Shown here one piece after another: positions 1 through 12,920 of a DNA stretch of 64,000 nt. Origin of the DNA: Neodothiora populina (taxonomy: Eukaryota); the NCBI RefSeq assembly GCF_041146345.1, contig NW_027191405.1, forward strand, positions 372,001-436,000, in the 5' to 3' direction. How positions within the stretch are numbered: the stretch's first letter is position 1; every line of letters begins with the position of its first letter. The notes under the pieces are model-generated. The model did no database searches and was not told where the DNA came from. It saw nothing but the letters and a program-made list of their open reading frames with translations. The position numbers and the translations under genes are program-made.

Positions 1-1048
1 ACCATTTGAATTCAATAAAGAGGCGCAGCTTTATCCAATCGCTGGCCTGGTCGAGGCAGAGCTCAACAGGCAAGGCAAGACAGCAGAAGACGTCAAGAAA
101 GAGAAGGACGAGACGTCAACCGAGGATGAGTTCAACCCCTTGAAGACACCACTCCAGCGACACCATTCATACATCGTCGAAATCATTGCAGATGAGGCCG
201 GCGTCAAGCCAGAGGAGGTGCTCGATTTTGAACTGTCGCTATACGATGTACAAAAGGGAACACTTGGAGGTCTCAACAATGAGCTCATCTACTCTGCTCG
301 TTTGGACAACCTGGGCATGACTTATTGCGCCGTTGAGGGTCTCATCAAGTCCACCGGAGATGACGGCAAGCCTCTGACCGATGAGAACACAATTCGCTTG
401 ATCGCTTGCTTTGACCACGAGGAAATTGGCAGTACTTCCGCCCAGGGTGCTGACAGCAACATCATGCCTTCGATCCTGCATCGTCTATGCTCTCTGTCTT
501 TCACCAACGAAGCCGAGAGCGACAAGTCCTACGACCGAGCGGATCAGCCAACGAGAAGAGAGTCGGACAGCAGCACAGTCTACGAACAGTCGCTTGCTGG
601 CAGTTTTCTCATTAGTGCAGACATGGCTCACAGCGTGAACCCCAACTACAGTGGCAAGTACGAGGCCGAACACAAGCCACAGATGAACAAAGGAACCGTC
701 ATCAAGATCAACGCCAACGTGAGGTATGCGACCAACTCGCCTGGAATTGTCTTGATCCAAGAGGTTGCGAAACGGGCGAAGAAGAGCAGTGGTGATCTGA
801 GGAAGAGCGGCTCTGGCGTGCCCTTGCAACTTTTCGTTGTCAAGAACGACTCACCTTGTGGCAGCACGATTGGACCAATGCTGTCAGCGAACACGGGAGT
901 CAGGACTCTGGATTTGGGCAACGCTCAGCTAAGCATGCACAGCATTCGTGAGACGGGTGGTGCATATGATGTCGAGTATGCAGTCAACCTCTTTGACAGC
1001 TTCTTCGAGCATTACGGCGAGCTTGAAGGCAAGATATATGTTGACTGA
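1..1048 (+). CDS. APE4: Aspartyl aminopeptidase (peptidase M18), C-terminal part; gene starts before the window
   Basis: Frame open from nt 2 (PFEFNKEAQLYPIAGL...). M18 motifs RLDNL, FDHEEIGS, SADMAH, PCGSTIGP and LSMHSIRE present. Confidence 0.93.
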   Translation, partial: PFEFNKEAQLYPIAGLVEAELNRQGKTAEDVKKEKDETSTEDEFNPLKTPLQRHHSYIVEIIADEAGVKPEEVLDFELSLYDVQKGTLGGLNNELIYSARLDNLGMTYCAVEGLIKSTGDDGKPLTDENTIRLIACFDHEEIGSTSAQGADSNIMPSILHRLCSLSFTNEAESDKSYDRADQPTRRESDSSTVYEQSLAGSFLISADMAHSVNPNYSGKYEAEHKPQMNKGTVIKINANVRYATNSPGIVLIQEVAKRAKKSSGDLRKSGSGVPLQLFVVKNDSPCGSTIGPMLSANTGVRTLDLGNAQLSMHSIRETGGAYDVEYAVNLFDSFFEHYGELEGKIYVD

Positions 1049-2307
1049 GCAGCCAGCGTAGAACGATAAGAGTGTGCATACTATAGCTACCTTACCTTGA
1101 GCAATACTGCAAATGACAATGACGAATGCATCGAATCATGTTTCTGACTGGGGGAGTAAGAGGTCAGAGCGCTGGTGCTGGTGCTGGTGCGTAATATGGG
1201 GTTCGGCGCTAGTTCGAACCCTGTGTAGAGTAAGGCTCCGCCAATCGATCCACCTTGATGCGCGACCTCTGGTGCGGTGAAGATGTCTCGACGCGTCGCG
1301 CTGGTAGTGCGTGAAGTGAACAGAGATCAATGGACGCGATTTGATCTAGTAAGAGTCTTGTTTGAGTTGTGGAAAAGGCAATAGGTCAACATGGGCAGAT
1401 GTGAGTGGTTTGAGCTGGCGGTCAGCACATGAGAAGAGCGTGGGTCATGAGAAAGGCAGGTACGAAGAAAGTGACTGCATGTGCTGCTACATTCCTTCCC
1501 AGATCTCCATCTCTTCATGCTTCTTGCGAAGCACACACACTTATCTCTACTATCAAAGTATATCACCGCACTGTCCCCCTTCTGCATCAAGCGGTGTATA
1601 TACAACCTGGTATAGCCGCTATATTGAGAGGCTTGAAAGGTTTCGCCAAGGGGCCGTGTATGGAGCGGACCACCGACGCAAGTGCAAGGTCCAGGATTAG
1701 CAGATCCAAGGGTCTCTTTCCCTTGCCCTGGAATCTGTGATCAAACTCCGGACTCGTCATTCTTTCTTATTGCTTCTTCTCGAGAGTAATCAAGGTATAC
1801 AGTAGATCAAAGTAAACAATACATTCGCTTCATCTCTATCGGAAGCGGTTTTCCTTTGAGATGCAACAGAAGAGGTGTTATTTCTGGCTGGTCTAACGAG
1901 GACAAGAAAGACAAACGGCGCGTGTTTACCTTGTCTTTTCCCCTCACACTTACACTCCGGTCACTCTCTGCTGCTCCTGTGCCTGTCCGGGGAGGCAGAC
2001 AGAGGAGGCTGGGAAGGGCGTCACAGGCCAACAACGGCCGCGCAACAACAGCACAACGAAGCCACAAGCAACGACAACCGTCAATCCAAACAATCTGCGA
2101 CCGACTCTCGATTGACCGATCGATCGAATTCGACAATCGCTAATTCTCCAATAGCCGTATCGTCGTCAATTGACATCGGCATACTCTATCTTAACTCCGC
2201 CGCTCTGCCAGTCGGCAACAACACGGCGCAGTTGCGACACGACTTGTGTTGTTTTAATTTAAGACACATAACTATTGCCGGAAAGGACACGAGTCCGTCG
2301 CGCAATA

Positions 2308-4451
2308 ATGAGGACGAGGTCCGCAGATACAAAGTCGCTGTCCGACAAGACCAACAAGCCGCAACCGCCGCTGGATGATGTGCGCACGCCCAAATTGATA
2401 TCGCCTCCTGGAACCAAGACACCCTCGACAGTATCAGACAAGCGCAATGCGACTACCAAAGCGACAGCGAAGAAGGTGGACAAGGACGAGGCTTCGGAGG
2501 CGGTCGATGCCACGGCGCTAAGCAAGGCATTACAGCTCGAACAGGAAGGGAGGAACAGAGAGCATACGCCAGGCGAGAGTCCCAAGCGCAAGCGACAACG
2601 AGTCTATGGCGACAGGTGCGCATGCAGCGACATGTGTTTTTTCCTGCGTGAAGCGGAACATGAGTTTGACAAGTTTGACCTGCAGATTTATACCAAACAG
2701 ATCGGGTCAAGACCTGCAATCCAGCTACAACCTGCACCATGACCATGGCTCACCTGCAACACCCTCACGCGCACTCAGACATGCCCAGAGCGGCGAACTT
2801 CACATGCAGAAAAGTGCGCATCTTTTTACCCTTCTTCTTGTCTCCTTTCTATGTTCTGACATTGCCGTGAAGCTGAGCAAGCCAATCGCACATATTCTAC
2901 ACTTCTACGATCAGAAATGTTTGACGACGAAATCCCACAATCCATCCAGGAGCACACCGGATCGCGCTCAAAAACACCGCCGGTCAATCTATCTGCCTTT
3001 CCTGCCCCGAATCTTACGCCATCGACACCGCACAAGAATCTGTTTTCTTATTCATCGCCCAGTAATAATCCTACACCATCACTTACACCTCATTCGAACT
3101 CGCGGCGCACTTCACGTGGTCCAAATCTAAACGCCCGAAGCGAAATCTACAGCCTTTCTCCAGTCAAATATACCTCGCAAACAATGCTTCTATCGCCGCG
3201 AAAGACGCCGAGAGCAGTCAGCAAAGTGCCATACAAGGTGCTTGATGCGCCTGAACTGGCAGACGACTTTTACCTCAACCTAGTGGACTGGGGAGCGCAA
3301 GGCGTGTTGGCCGTCGGATTGGGCGAGAGCGTTTATCTTTGGAACAGCGAGACGGGCAAAGTTGAGCAATTGTGCAGATTCGAGGGCGATCAGGTGAACA
3401 GTGTGGGCTGGATACAGCGAGTAAGTCAATTTTGATTTCGTGACTCCATAGTTCGCAGAAACTGACAGTGCGACAGGGCTCACATTTGGCAATTGGCACC
3501 AACCGAGGGCATGTTCTGATCTACGACACCGTCACCCAACGGCGCCTGCGGACAATGACAGGCCACACTTCTCGCGTTTCTTCGCTCGCCTGGAACAGTC
3601 ACATTCTCTCTACGGGTTCGCGCGATCGGTCAATCCTTCATCGAGACGTCCGCTCCCCTTCGCAGTACTTGACCAAGCTTGTCGGCCACAAGCAAGAAGT
3701 CTGCGGCTTACGCTGGAACTCAGACACGGGTCAACTAGCATCGGGTGGTAACGACAACAAGCTCTTCATCTGGGATGGATTAGATGATCGCTGGTTGCAT
3801 CGCTGGGGTGAAGCAGAAGGCGGTCATCGCGCCGCTGTGAAAGCTGTCGCATGGTCACCTCATCAGCGCGGCCTGCTCGCTTCTGGTGGAGGAACCGCAG
3901 ACCGCTGCATCAAGTTCTGGAATACAGTCTCGACCGCACAGCATTCGGCTAATGCTGCGCTGACCGCTACACACTCATCACGACAATCGTTGGACTTTAC
4001 TTCATTAAATTCACCACCATCGCTACTGAATAACGTCGGAGAAGGCGACTCCGAGCGGCCCGCTAATCCGCATTTATTACGATCTCACGATACGGGGAGC
4101 CAAGTGTGCAACCTGCTCTTTTCACAACTCACATCAGAACTAGTCTCGACCCACGGATTCTCGCAGCACGCAATAAACATCTGGAAATATCCCAGTATGC
4201 AACAAGTCGTCAGCCTGACCGGTCACACATATCGCGTCCTATATCTCGCCATGAGCCCAGACGGGCAAGTCATCGTCACCGGTGCCGGAGATGAGACTTT
4301 GAGGTTCTGGGATTGCTTCGGTGGACTAGGCGGAGGCAAAAGAAGCGTTTCCGCCAGCACTATCGGCATGAGGAGTGGTGGTGTCGGGGGTGTCGGTGGT
4401 TCAACTAGTAAATCAGGAGGGCTGGTCAAGGAGTGGGCGAGTATACGGTAA
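2308..4451 (+). CDS. CDH1: APC/C co-activator Cdh1/Fzr (WD40); introns 2616-2685, 2814-2872, 3421-3476
   Basis: Splicing rebuilds the C-box DRFIPNR and the segment KTEQANRTYSTLLRSEMF. Also has KVLDAPELADDFYLNLVDW, WD40 repeats and a C-terminal IR tail (WASIR*). The start codon is less certain. Confidence 0.92.
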
Positions 4452-7020
4452 TTGATTGGCGGCCTCGGATCATGCCCATCAACATCCGGCAGACAGATCG
4501 AAGTAGATCTTTTTTTTCCATGTCTTTTTGAACAACAGGCGTATGAAAAGGGAAAGGAAAGGCAAAGGAGTCTCTGGAATGCAGCAGCCGATATGGGCGC
4601 CTGTGGGAGACGGTCAAGGGGTGCAACAGGATGTGGGCAGGGAGGTTCAGATTCACGAAGTTTATGAAAGGAATTATTCTATATTTTATTATCTTCTTTT
4701 TTTCTCTTTTCAGCCCAGACTCCACATGGAGGAAAACATGCTTGAACCAGTCTTCATTTTTTTACTGTCATAAAGAGATCGATGGCGTACGACCACCGAG
4801 GCACAACATGAATGGCAAGCTTCGGAGGTCTGTAGATGCAATTAGAATTAAAGCTTTGCTGCGACGAAACGCCCATTCTTGGTTCTCTGTTTATTTGTAG
4901 ACATACAAGCTAATGTGAGTCAGGCTCTCCAAGATCAATAGGTCTTGGTGTATTCTGGTCCAAGTAGTGGGTGTATTAATTGTCGTGATTGAGGTATCTG
5001 GCTGGGTAAGAAAGTGCCATCGAACAGGGTCGCCCTCAATTTCCGCTTATTCTCAACTTCCATCTACTACTTGCATATGAGCCGAGCGACAATTGCGTTA
5101 TCGTGAAACAATATATCTAATGATCAAGTGGTGGTAGCGAGAGCCGCCGGAAATGTCTGTAAAGCTTGAGAAAACAGGCATTTCCATCTTTTGACAGCTA
5201 TTCGTTGTGGTGCTACCGTGATCGTGTCGTTATATCTGCCATATTCATCCGCAATCATATGACATGATGAGTCGTGGCAAGAGAATGGAACACAGCTTCT
5301 GTATGTCATACAGATCCGGATACAGATCCGGGTACAGGGATAAATTAGACATGGTAGATCGAGTAAGGACTCGGTCTTCCCGGGAGCAAAAGGAGTCATG
5401 ACAGCGACAGTAGATATATAATTGTTCTTTTGCATGGTTCTCGACTCCAGATGTTCCTATGGCTTGACGTCCAGATAGAGTTGGTGGAAGCTGTGTGTTC
5501 TCGCATTTGGAAGGAGCAGAAAAGGGAAAGAGCAATGGAGAATTGACGACAATGAAATACTTGTGCATTCTTCCTACCTTAATTTGACTACAGACCTACA
5601 GCCTCAAAAGTTCGGACTCACCGATGCCGCGAGATGTAGTATGTCAATGCTATTTTCGATATTTTAATCAGATCGTGGTTGCCTCATCACCCAGTTGCGG
5701 AAATCAGACTCGAATCCGCCATTCTGCAACTTGACACGATGGTTTCCAGGGCACGGACAGGCTCGCCCATTGTACCACTTACATGATCGTAGTATAAGAT
5801 ATTCTGGCTATGGATTTTGCTTCTGGATCCTTCTCTAAAGGAATGCACCAATACCACCTGAAGTTTGGGCCGAGACGGTCGACAGCATGGATGCCAAGTT
5901 GACCGCAGGACAAAACGAGCCCAATTGTGGTGACTTATTGACTAGGATCGCACCTGTACTTGAGGAGTCTCATTCGATCCAGTGTGTACCGTGGTTCGGA
6001 TAGGTTCATTCACATCGCGGCTCTCGGCCCCGAGGTGCACGCGTTCGCTCCCCCGGCTTGGACAGGGTCACCAATCGAAGGCGGCCGCCGGCGACGAGAT
6101 AAACCAGATCCGATCCTTGCATGATCTGGACAGGCCGCTTGGATGGACGACTCGAACAGCGTGGAGTGCTGGCGCTGTTCCAGACGGAAGTCATCAGAAA
6201 AGCCAAGTTGTTCGACTGCCTTGATCTGTGCTCAAGCATCATTCAACCCCACTCTGCCCCTCTTCGATGGGGCAGGTCCATTGTTTATTGCATCGATGGC
6301 TGCAGGAAGAGGCGTGGCCTGACCGACTTTGAGCTTGCTTCTGCTCTCCTCATCGCTTGGTATCGCTGAATTGATCCAGACTCCAAGGATCACTCGAAAT
6401 GGACACCTGTGCATGCTAGCTTGCCCTCCCATGTACATTCGCTGCTCCGCATAACCTGTCGCTGCTCGAGATGAAGCCTTGCTGTTGTAGTTTCTCAAGG
6501 TCCCACCTCTGCATCGTAGTGCACATGGTGAACGCATACCTTTCCGACCGATATGGGAGGGCGTGTAAAAAAACATAGAAACATGATGTGTATGTAGTCG
6601 TTCTTCGGGAAAGTCTAAATTCTCGACCAGGCCCCTCGTTGAATGCAACAAAGATCAAATCACAGTTGTCGGTCTCAACACCGATGACCCCTTACTGGTG
6701 GCACCACAAGAATAGATGCAACCAAGGACGCCTCCGTTGCAGGGTTCATGTACGATCACCTTGATGGCATGACCCGCTGGGTAGTTGTCGTTGTCAACAC
6801 GTATCAATGGGCCTCCCCGAATGTATGTCACTACGGCATGGTATTGTTATAAAAGAGTAAGAGTGAAAGTATGCCGCTCCCAGGTCGAAATTCGCCAGCG
6901 AGTCAAGCGATATCTATCGAAGCATATGGCAGTGCCCCAATTGCGATCAGGTCATGATCATTTACGTGGACATACTATCTGCGATACAGGCCCGCTACGG
7001 ATGCCGGTGTCACTCAGGTC

Positions 7021-7481
7021 CTACTGTGCCTGACTGCAGTCTGGCCTTCGAAACACATACGATCGGGCCGTCAGACTGACGAATACAATATCAGCTGAGC
7101 ATTGAAGGATGCCGAAGAAGCACGTTTCATTATCGTGCGCCTCAATGGACATGCCGAAGGGCGTGAACGCATCAGGCAACATTGGGTCGTACACATCGAC
7201 CAAGGCTTTCGCCAAGATTCCATAGGGTGTGTCTTCGGTCTTCGTATCCTACGGAGCCAATCGTGCATGGTTACCTTCTCTATCTGGATAGCCCCAAAAT
7301 GGATACATACCTTATCCAGTGGGATTACGGCTGCTTCGGAAGCGTTGCAACAAAACAAGCCGAAGCTCCCCCTCCTCAGGTCACCAAAATTGATCTTCAA
7401 GTGATCTAGGGGTTAGGTTTCAGCATACTGGTACTGGTACACTGCAGTCCGCAAAGCACGTGTGGACTACTGACAGGACAT
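7021..7481 (-). pseudogene. Putative small multi-exon orphan gene or relic, divergent from GAPDH
   Basis: GT-AG introns at 7406-7474 (GTCAGT...CCTAAC...TAG) and 7249-7310 (GTATGT...TAG) join ATG 7481 into a 109-aa frame. The frame and another intron-like segment (6914-6975) continue past the TAG. No family recognised. Confidence 0.3.
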
Positions 7482-8266
7482 CAGGTGTTTGTGTAAAAGG
7501 ACCGAAAGGCATTAGCGCGAACGGCAAGATGATGGAGCTGGCCGTCACGCAACTCCCGTCTCAAGCCTAGCTGTAATACCGTGGGCGCGCCGACAGCAAC
7601 ACCATAACCTTGGTAAAATGCTTCTACATTCACGACAACCGGAACAGAACAGTGTATACGGAGGGTCAATGGTCCTGGATGGAGGGATGTTTCTCGCTCG
7701 GCTACCCTTAGGGACTCAGCTCGCGGGCGATCCCTTAAACGAGGAATAGCCGAATCGCGGAGCAAGCGATCGGGCACAGTAGGCAATGAGGGGTACATCG
7801 GGAGAGCTCGAGCTATAAGAGCGACACCTTCGGTAAAGACATGGTATAGACGAGTATACGGGAGATCTACGTGTATTGTAACCAGATAATCAAGCCCAAA
7901 AGCGTCATTGTTCTCGACCCAGTTTCGCGAATCGCCACCTGTGAAGACGAAGTGAAGGCTCACTTGATATCACTCTGCGAGACACACTAGCGCACGTCAG
8001 AGCTCTATTTTCCCCGCCAGCTCCGGTCACGGCAGCGTGTCAGCATCCCACCAACTGACCGACTCACCAAATTTTCTCCTGTCCCAACAGCGTAACCTCC
8101 CCTTCTTCACACCACCACATCACAGACCACATCTCACTCACACCACATATAAGTGTAAGTAGCCTCGCATCTCTGTAGTCCTGTACCATCTCACAACAAC
8201 TACAATCAAAACAACTCTCACTACAAGTTCCCAGAGCTAATAGCTACCCCGCAGCACATATCAAAA

Positions 8267-9521
<1,255 letters not shown>

Positions 9522-9789
9522 ATCAATTGCGCCAAAATTGGTGCTGTAATGCATCATGGTATGGCCATCAAGTAGCTGTATAGCTCAGATTGACGAATGT
9601 TTCTTTTCTCCGCAAGTTTCTCCGCTGAATACGGCACGTGATTCCCCGTCCTTGGCAAGCTTCAGCCTTGGCAAGCTTCGCCCACCACATTCATCAGACA
9701 TAGTATTTTGTCCATCTCCCATTGCCTTGCTCCTGTAATACTGCACACTGTATGATGCTGCCTCTGTTGCATTGCCATCGATGAATCAT

Positions 9790-10700
9790 CACTGTCTGTA
9801 TCGTATATCCATTAATATCCCCACTGACTCTGGGCAGTCACTACTGGAGTATCTACCCTGTCGCCTTACAGTACTTTGTATCTCTTCTACCATAACTGGT
9901 CTGTCATCAACAAGCTGCCGCACCCCTGTCACCAATTACTCCGCCATCACCAAATGCCCTCACTGAACGGTTGCCTTTACCCATCTTACCATCGCCGAGT
10001 AAGTATTATGCCTTCACTAAGTATTTGATTCGCCATCGTCCATAATCATTTTCATGTTACCGAGTACCGAATTCGCTCTCATCCTGTACTCATTCTGCTG
10101 TCACCGAGTAAGTGCTTCTTTATCACCGACCAACCTTTTCATCAAGTCCGAGTAACGATTTCGCCCTGGTCAAGTAGTTACTTTGATCTCACTGAATAAT
10201 TGCTTCTCCATCATCAATTATCCATTTTGCCATTGCACCTTTCACCACTTTTCCATCACTGAAAATCACTTTGCCATCAATTTCCAGATATCCAACCGTC
10301 ATTGAATACTCACTCTATGCTTGATTTTCAATTACTCTTCTATTATCATATCTTCTCTCTGCCTTCAATTTCCAAGTTATCTATCATCACGTGATATTCA
10401 TCCTGCTATCAGTTAAGTACTCTATCATCACGGAATATTCATCCCTGCTATCAGTTTTCCATTATTTTGTAATCCCCGAAGATTCATCGAGTTATTGGTT
10501 TTCCAACTACTATACCATCGGCAAACCTTTACCGTGCCATCAGTCTTTATTTTGACTGCCTTCGCTTGTCCTTTATTCTGCCGTCAAATTTCATTTACTC
10601 TGCCATTACGGAATTTTTACTTCGCCATCAATTTTCAATCACTCTGCTATCATCGAACCTTTTCTTTCGTATCAATTCCGAGCACTTTGAAAACAAAAAG
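9790..10700. repeat. Degenerate ~21-23 bp tandem array, consensus roughly TTTGCCATCACCGAGTAANNA
   Basis: Recurring ccatcac/accgagta cores at about 22-bp spacing. Includes a ~41-bp direct duplication at about 10381-10457. Confidence 0.55.
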
Positions 10701-11949
10701 CTATTCGTCCCGCGAGGATCGATCAACAATCTATTTTCACCTGTCAGAAAGACTGTGCTTGCCGAGCATTTATTTCGTATTCACTTTTTCGCTCTGCCTT
10801 CTACCCTATACTGCATCCCCTGTGATTGCATATTAAGCAAACAGCTCCCGAGAGATGTGACAAAATGTTATAACGGCCGCACAGAGTTTTTCTGCGTGTT
10901 TGTCAGTCATTCAACCCCTGAAGAAAGACGAAAGGCAACTGGACAGGCAATGAAGGCGTACTCAAGCAAGCGCCGAAGTACTTAAGGACAAATTGAAGAA
11001 CAATGATAGCAATCAGATCGCTACTTTTACTTCGTGGTATAGCTTGGGCTAATGCGCACAACAAAGAGTGAAGCAGCAGTGAAACGTGAAACGTGAGATG
11101 CAGCCAAGGACTCTACAAGAGAAAGGCTGATTCAATGGAGCCACCAAGATGATTTACTAGCCTCAGTAAGCCCTGTCTTCTACCACGTTCTAAGGCAGGC
11201 GAAAGCTGGGGCCAAACATTCGAAGGTATATCTACGAGTGATCCACCCACACGTGGGTCTGAGCCAATCTATATCCTGTCAACATGACAGCTTTCGACAG
11301 CTCGGCTATATTCACCAGTCTGAAAGATCCTATATATATATATAAGGTTAGTGATGTCGTTTCCTTTACCGATACGTCTCTTTTCTTGTGACGCAATCGG
11401 GCTTTCTGTTTCAATCGCCTACCACCGAATGGGTAGGATGATGGTGGAGGTAGACAGCACAGTCTTCAACAGGAGGCTTATAGCCCTTCTATGACAGCTC
11501 ATCCAGTCAGGAGAGCTTCGTTCCAGCTGGACAATTTTTCGACTTCTATGAAGTGCATGAGATCCACGGAGGGAGAGTTGCAGGATCTCCCCGTATCCAC
11601 GCCTGCCACCGACGATAAGCCGAAGCTAGCTCTGTGGCGAGCTGCCTCGAATGGCATGGCCACCTGAGGAGCAAACGGCGTGGGATGGAACAATTGGACT
11701 GGAATCGGATCTCACCAGTACTATGGAGCGACTTAAAAGCCTCAGATCAATCAGAGCACAAGAAACTTGCAAGTGGACGAGTCATGACGAAGATATCAGT
11801 GCTATGGAAGCACGTCCTGTCTCAAAGCGCGCGCATCATCAGCGCGAGCAAAGACTATGACATCCTCATCGCGAAGAAGGTCGGGGATGATGGTGCATGT
11901 AGTCATTTTTCTGGGGCGCAAAGGGAGGAGGAGACGAGGGCGAGCAATC

Positions 11950-12920
11950 GTGTGGTTGAAATGCATTGAGCTTGTCGATGCCTTCTTGAAATACAGCGTT
12001 GAGCCGCCAGCCCGGATAACTCAGATCAAGACTGGGCTTTCGAATGCGTTGACAAAAAGAAAAAGCCAATGCCCAAGCCGATGCCGCTAACGTCGAGAAT
12101 GCCCCTGGACAAGATGCCAATGGTGCCGCTAAGGCCGATGCTGCTAATGCTACTAAGCAGCCGAAGCCGGACGCCAAGGAGGAGAAACATAAGGCCGGTG
12201 GCAAGAGCGAGGCTCCTAAGGACAAGAACGATAAGGGTAAGGGCAAAGAGGTCAGAGGCAAGAAGTCATCCATTGGCCTGGGCGTCACTTCAACCTTGAC
12301 CAAAACCGAGGCTGGGAGGACCGTTCGAGACAGGATGATCACCGAACAAATCACTCAGTGCCTGTTTGTCAAATTGCTCGAGAAACTCCTGAAGGGAAAA
12401 GACAGCGACGACTTGTTTGTAAAAGGGCTCGCTGAGAACAAAAACGAACTCAGTCACCCTGAGGCTTAGAAGAACGCCGGTGATAAGCCTACAGAGGATG
12501 ATGAAGCCGAGGCTGGAGATGATGACCGGACGCGCGATGCAAGCCTATGCGAGCACGATCACGGCTGCCATCTGTTTGTCGAATTTTTTCTACGAAGGTG
12601 ATGATTGATGCTCTTGTCGCTGCTGGGATGGACCCGACGGAAGTCGGTACGATCTCTAAGCACGACTCGAAATGGTACCTGCTTCGCTTCCGGAAATGGA
12701 GCAGGCCCGCCTAGGAAGAAGTCTCGTGGGTCGCAAAAGAGGTCGGAGAACTTGTGAGCATCGCTGTTGACAAAGGGCCTTGGCCTCCCATGAATACTAT
12801 TACTCTGGAGATGCACCAAGTATTGGAGAAGGAGATCTTCAAAGTGAGAACCCAATCAGGCGGGATTGGGCGAAGCGTTGAAAGAACGCCATCGATGGAG
12901 TCAAGCGAGGTACACGAATG
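11950..12920 (+). pseudogene. Decayed orphan gene with an Ala/Lys/Asp-rich segment followed by globular-looking sequence
   Basis: Long coding-like frame 12053-12466 without a proper start. In-frame TAG stops at about 12467 and 12712, and frame changes at A- and T-runs. Confidence 0.35.

Noticed and set aside
1585..1760. 58-aa minus-strand ORF faintly resembling an isochorismatase N-terminus (GKRPxxLILD)
   Set aside because: Too short and degenerate to support a call.
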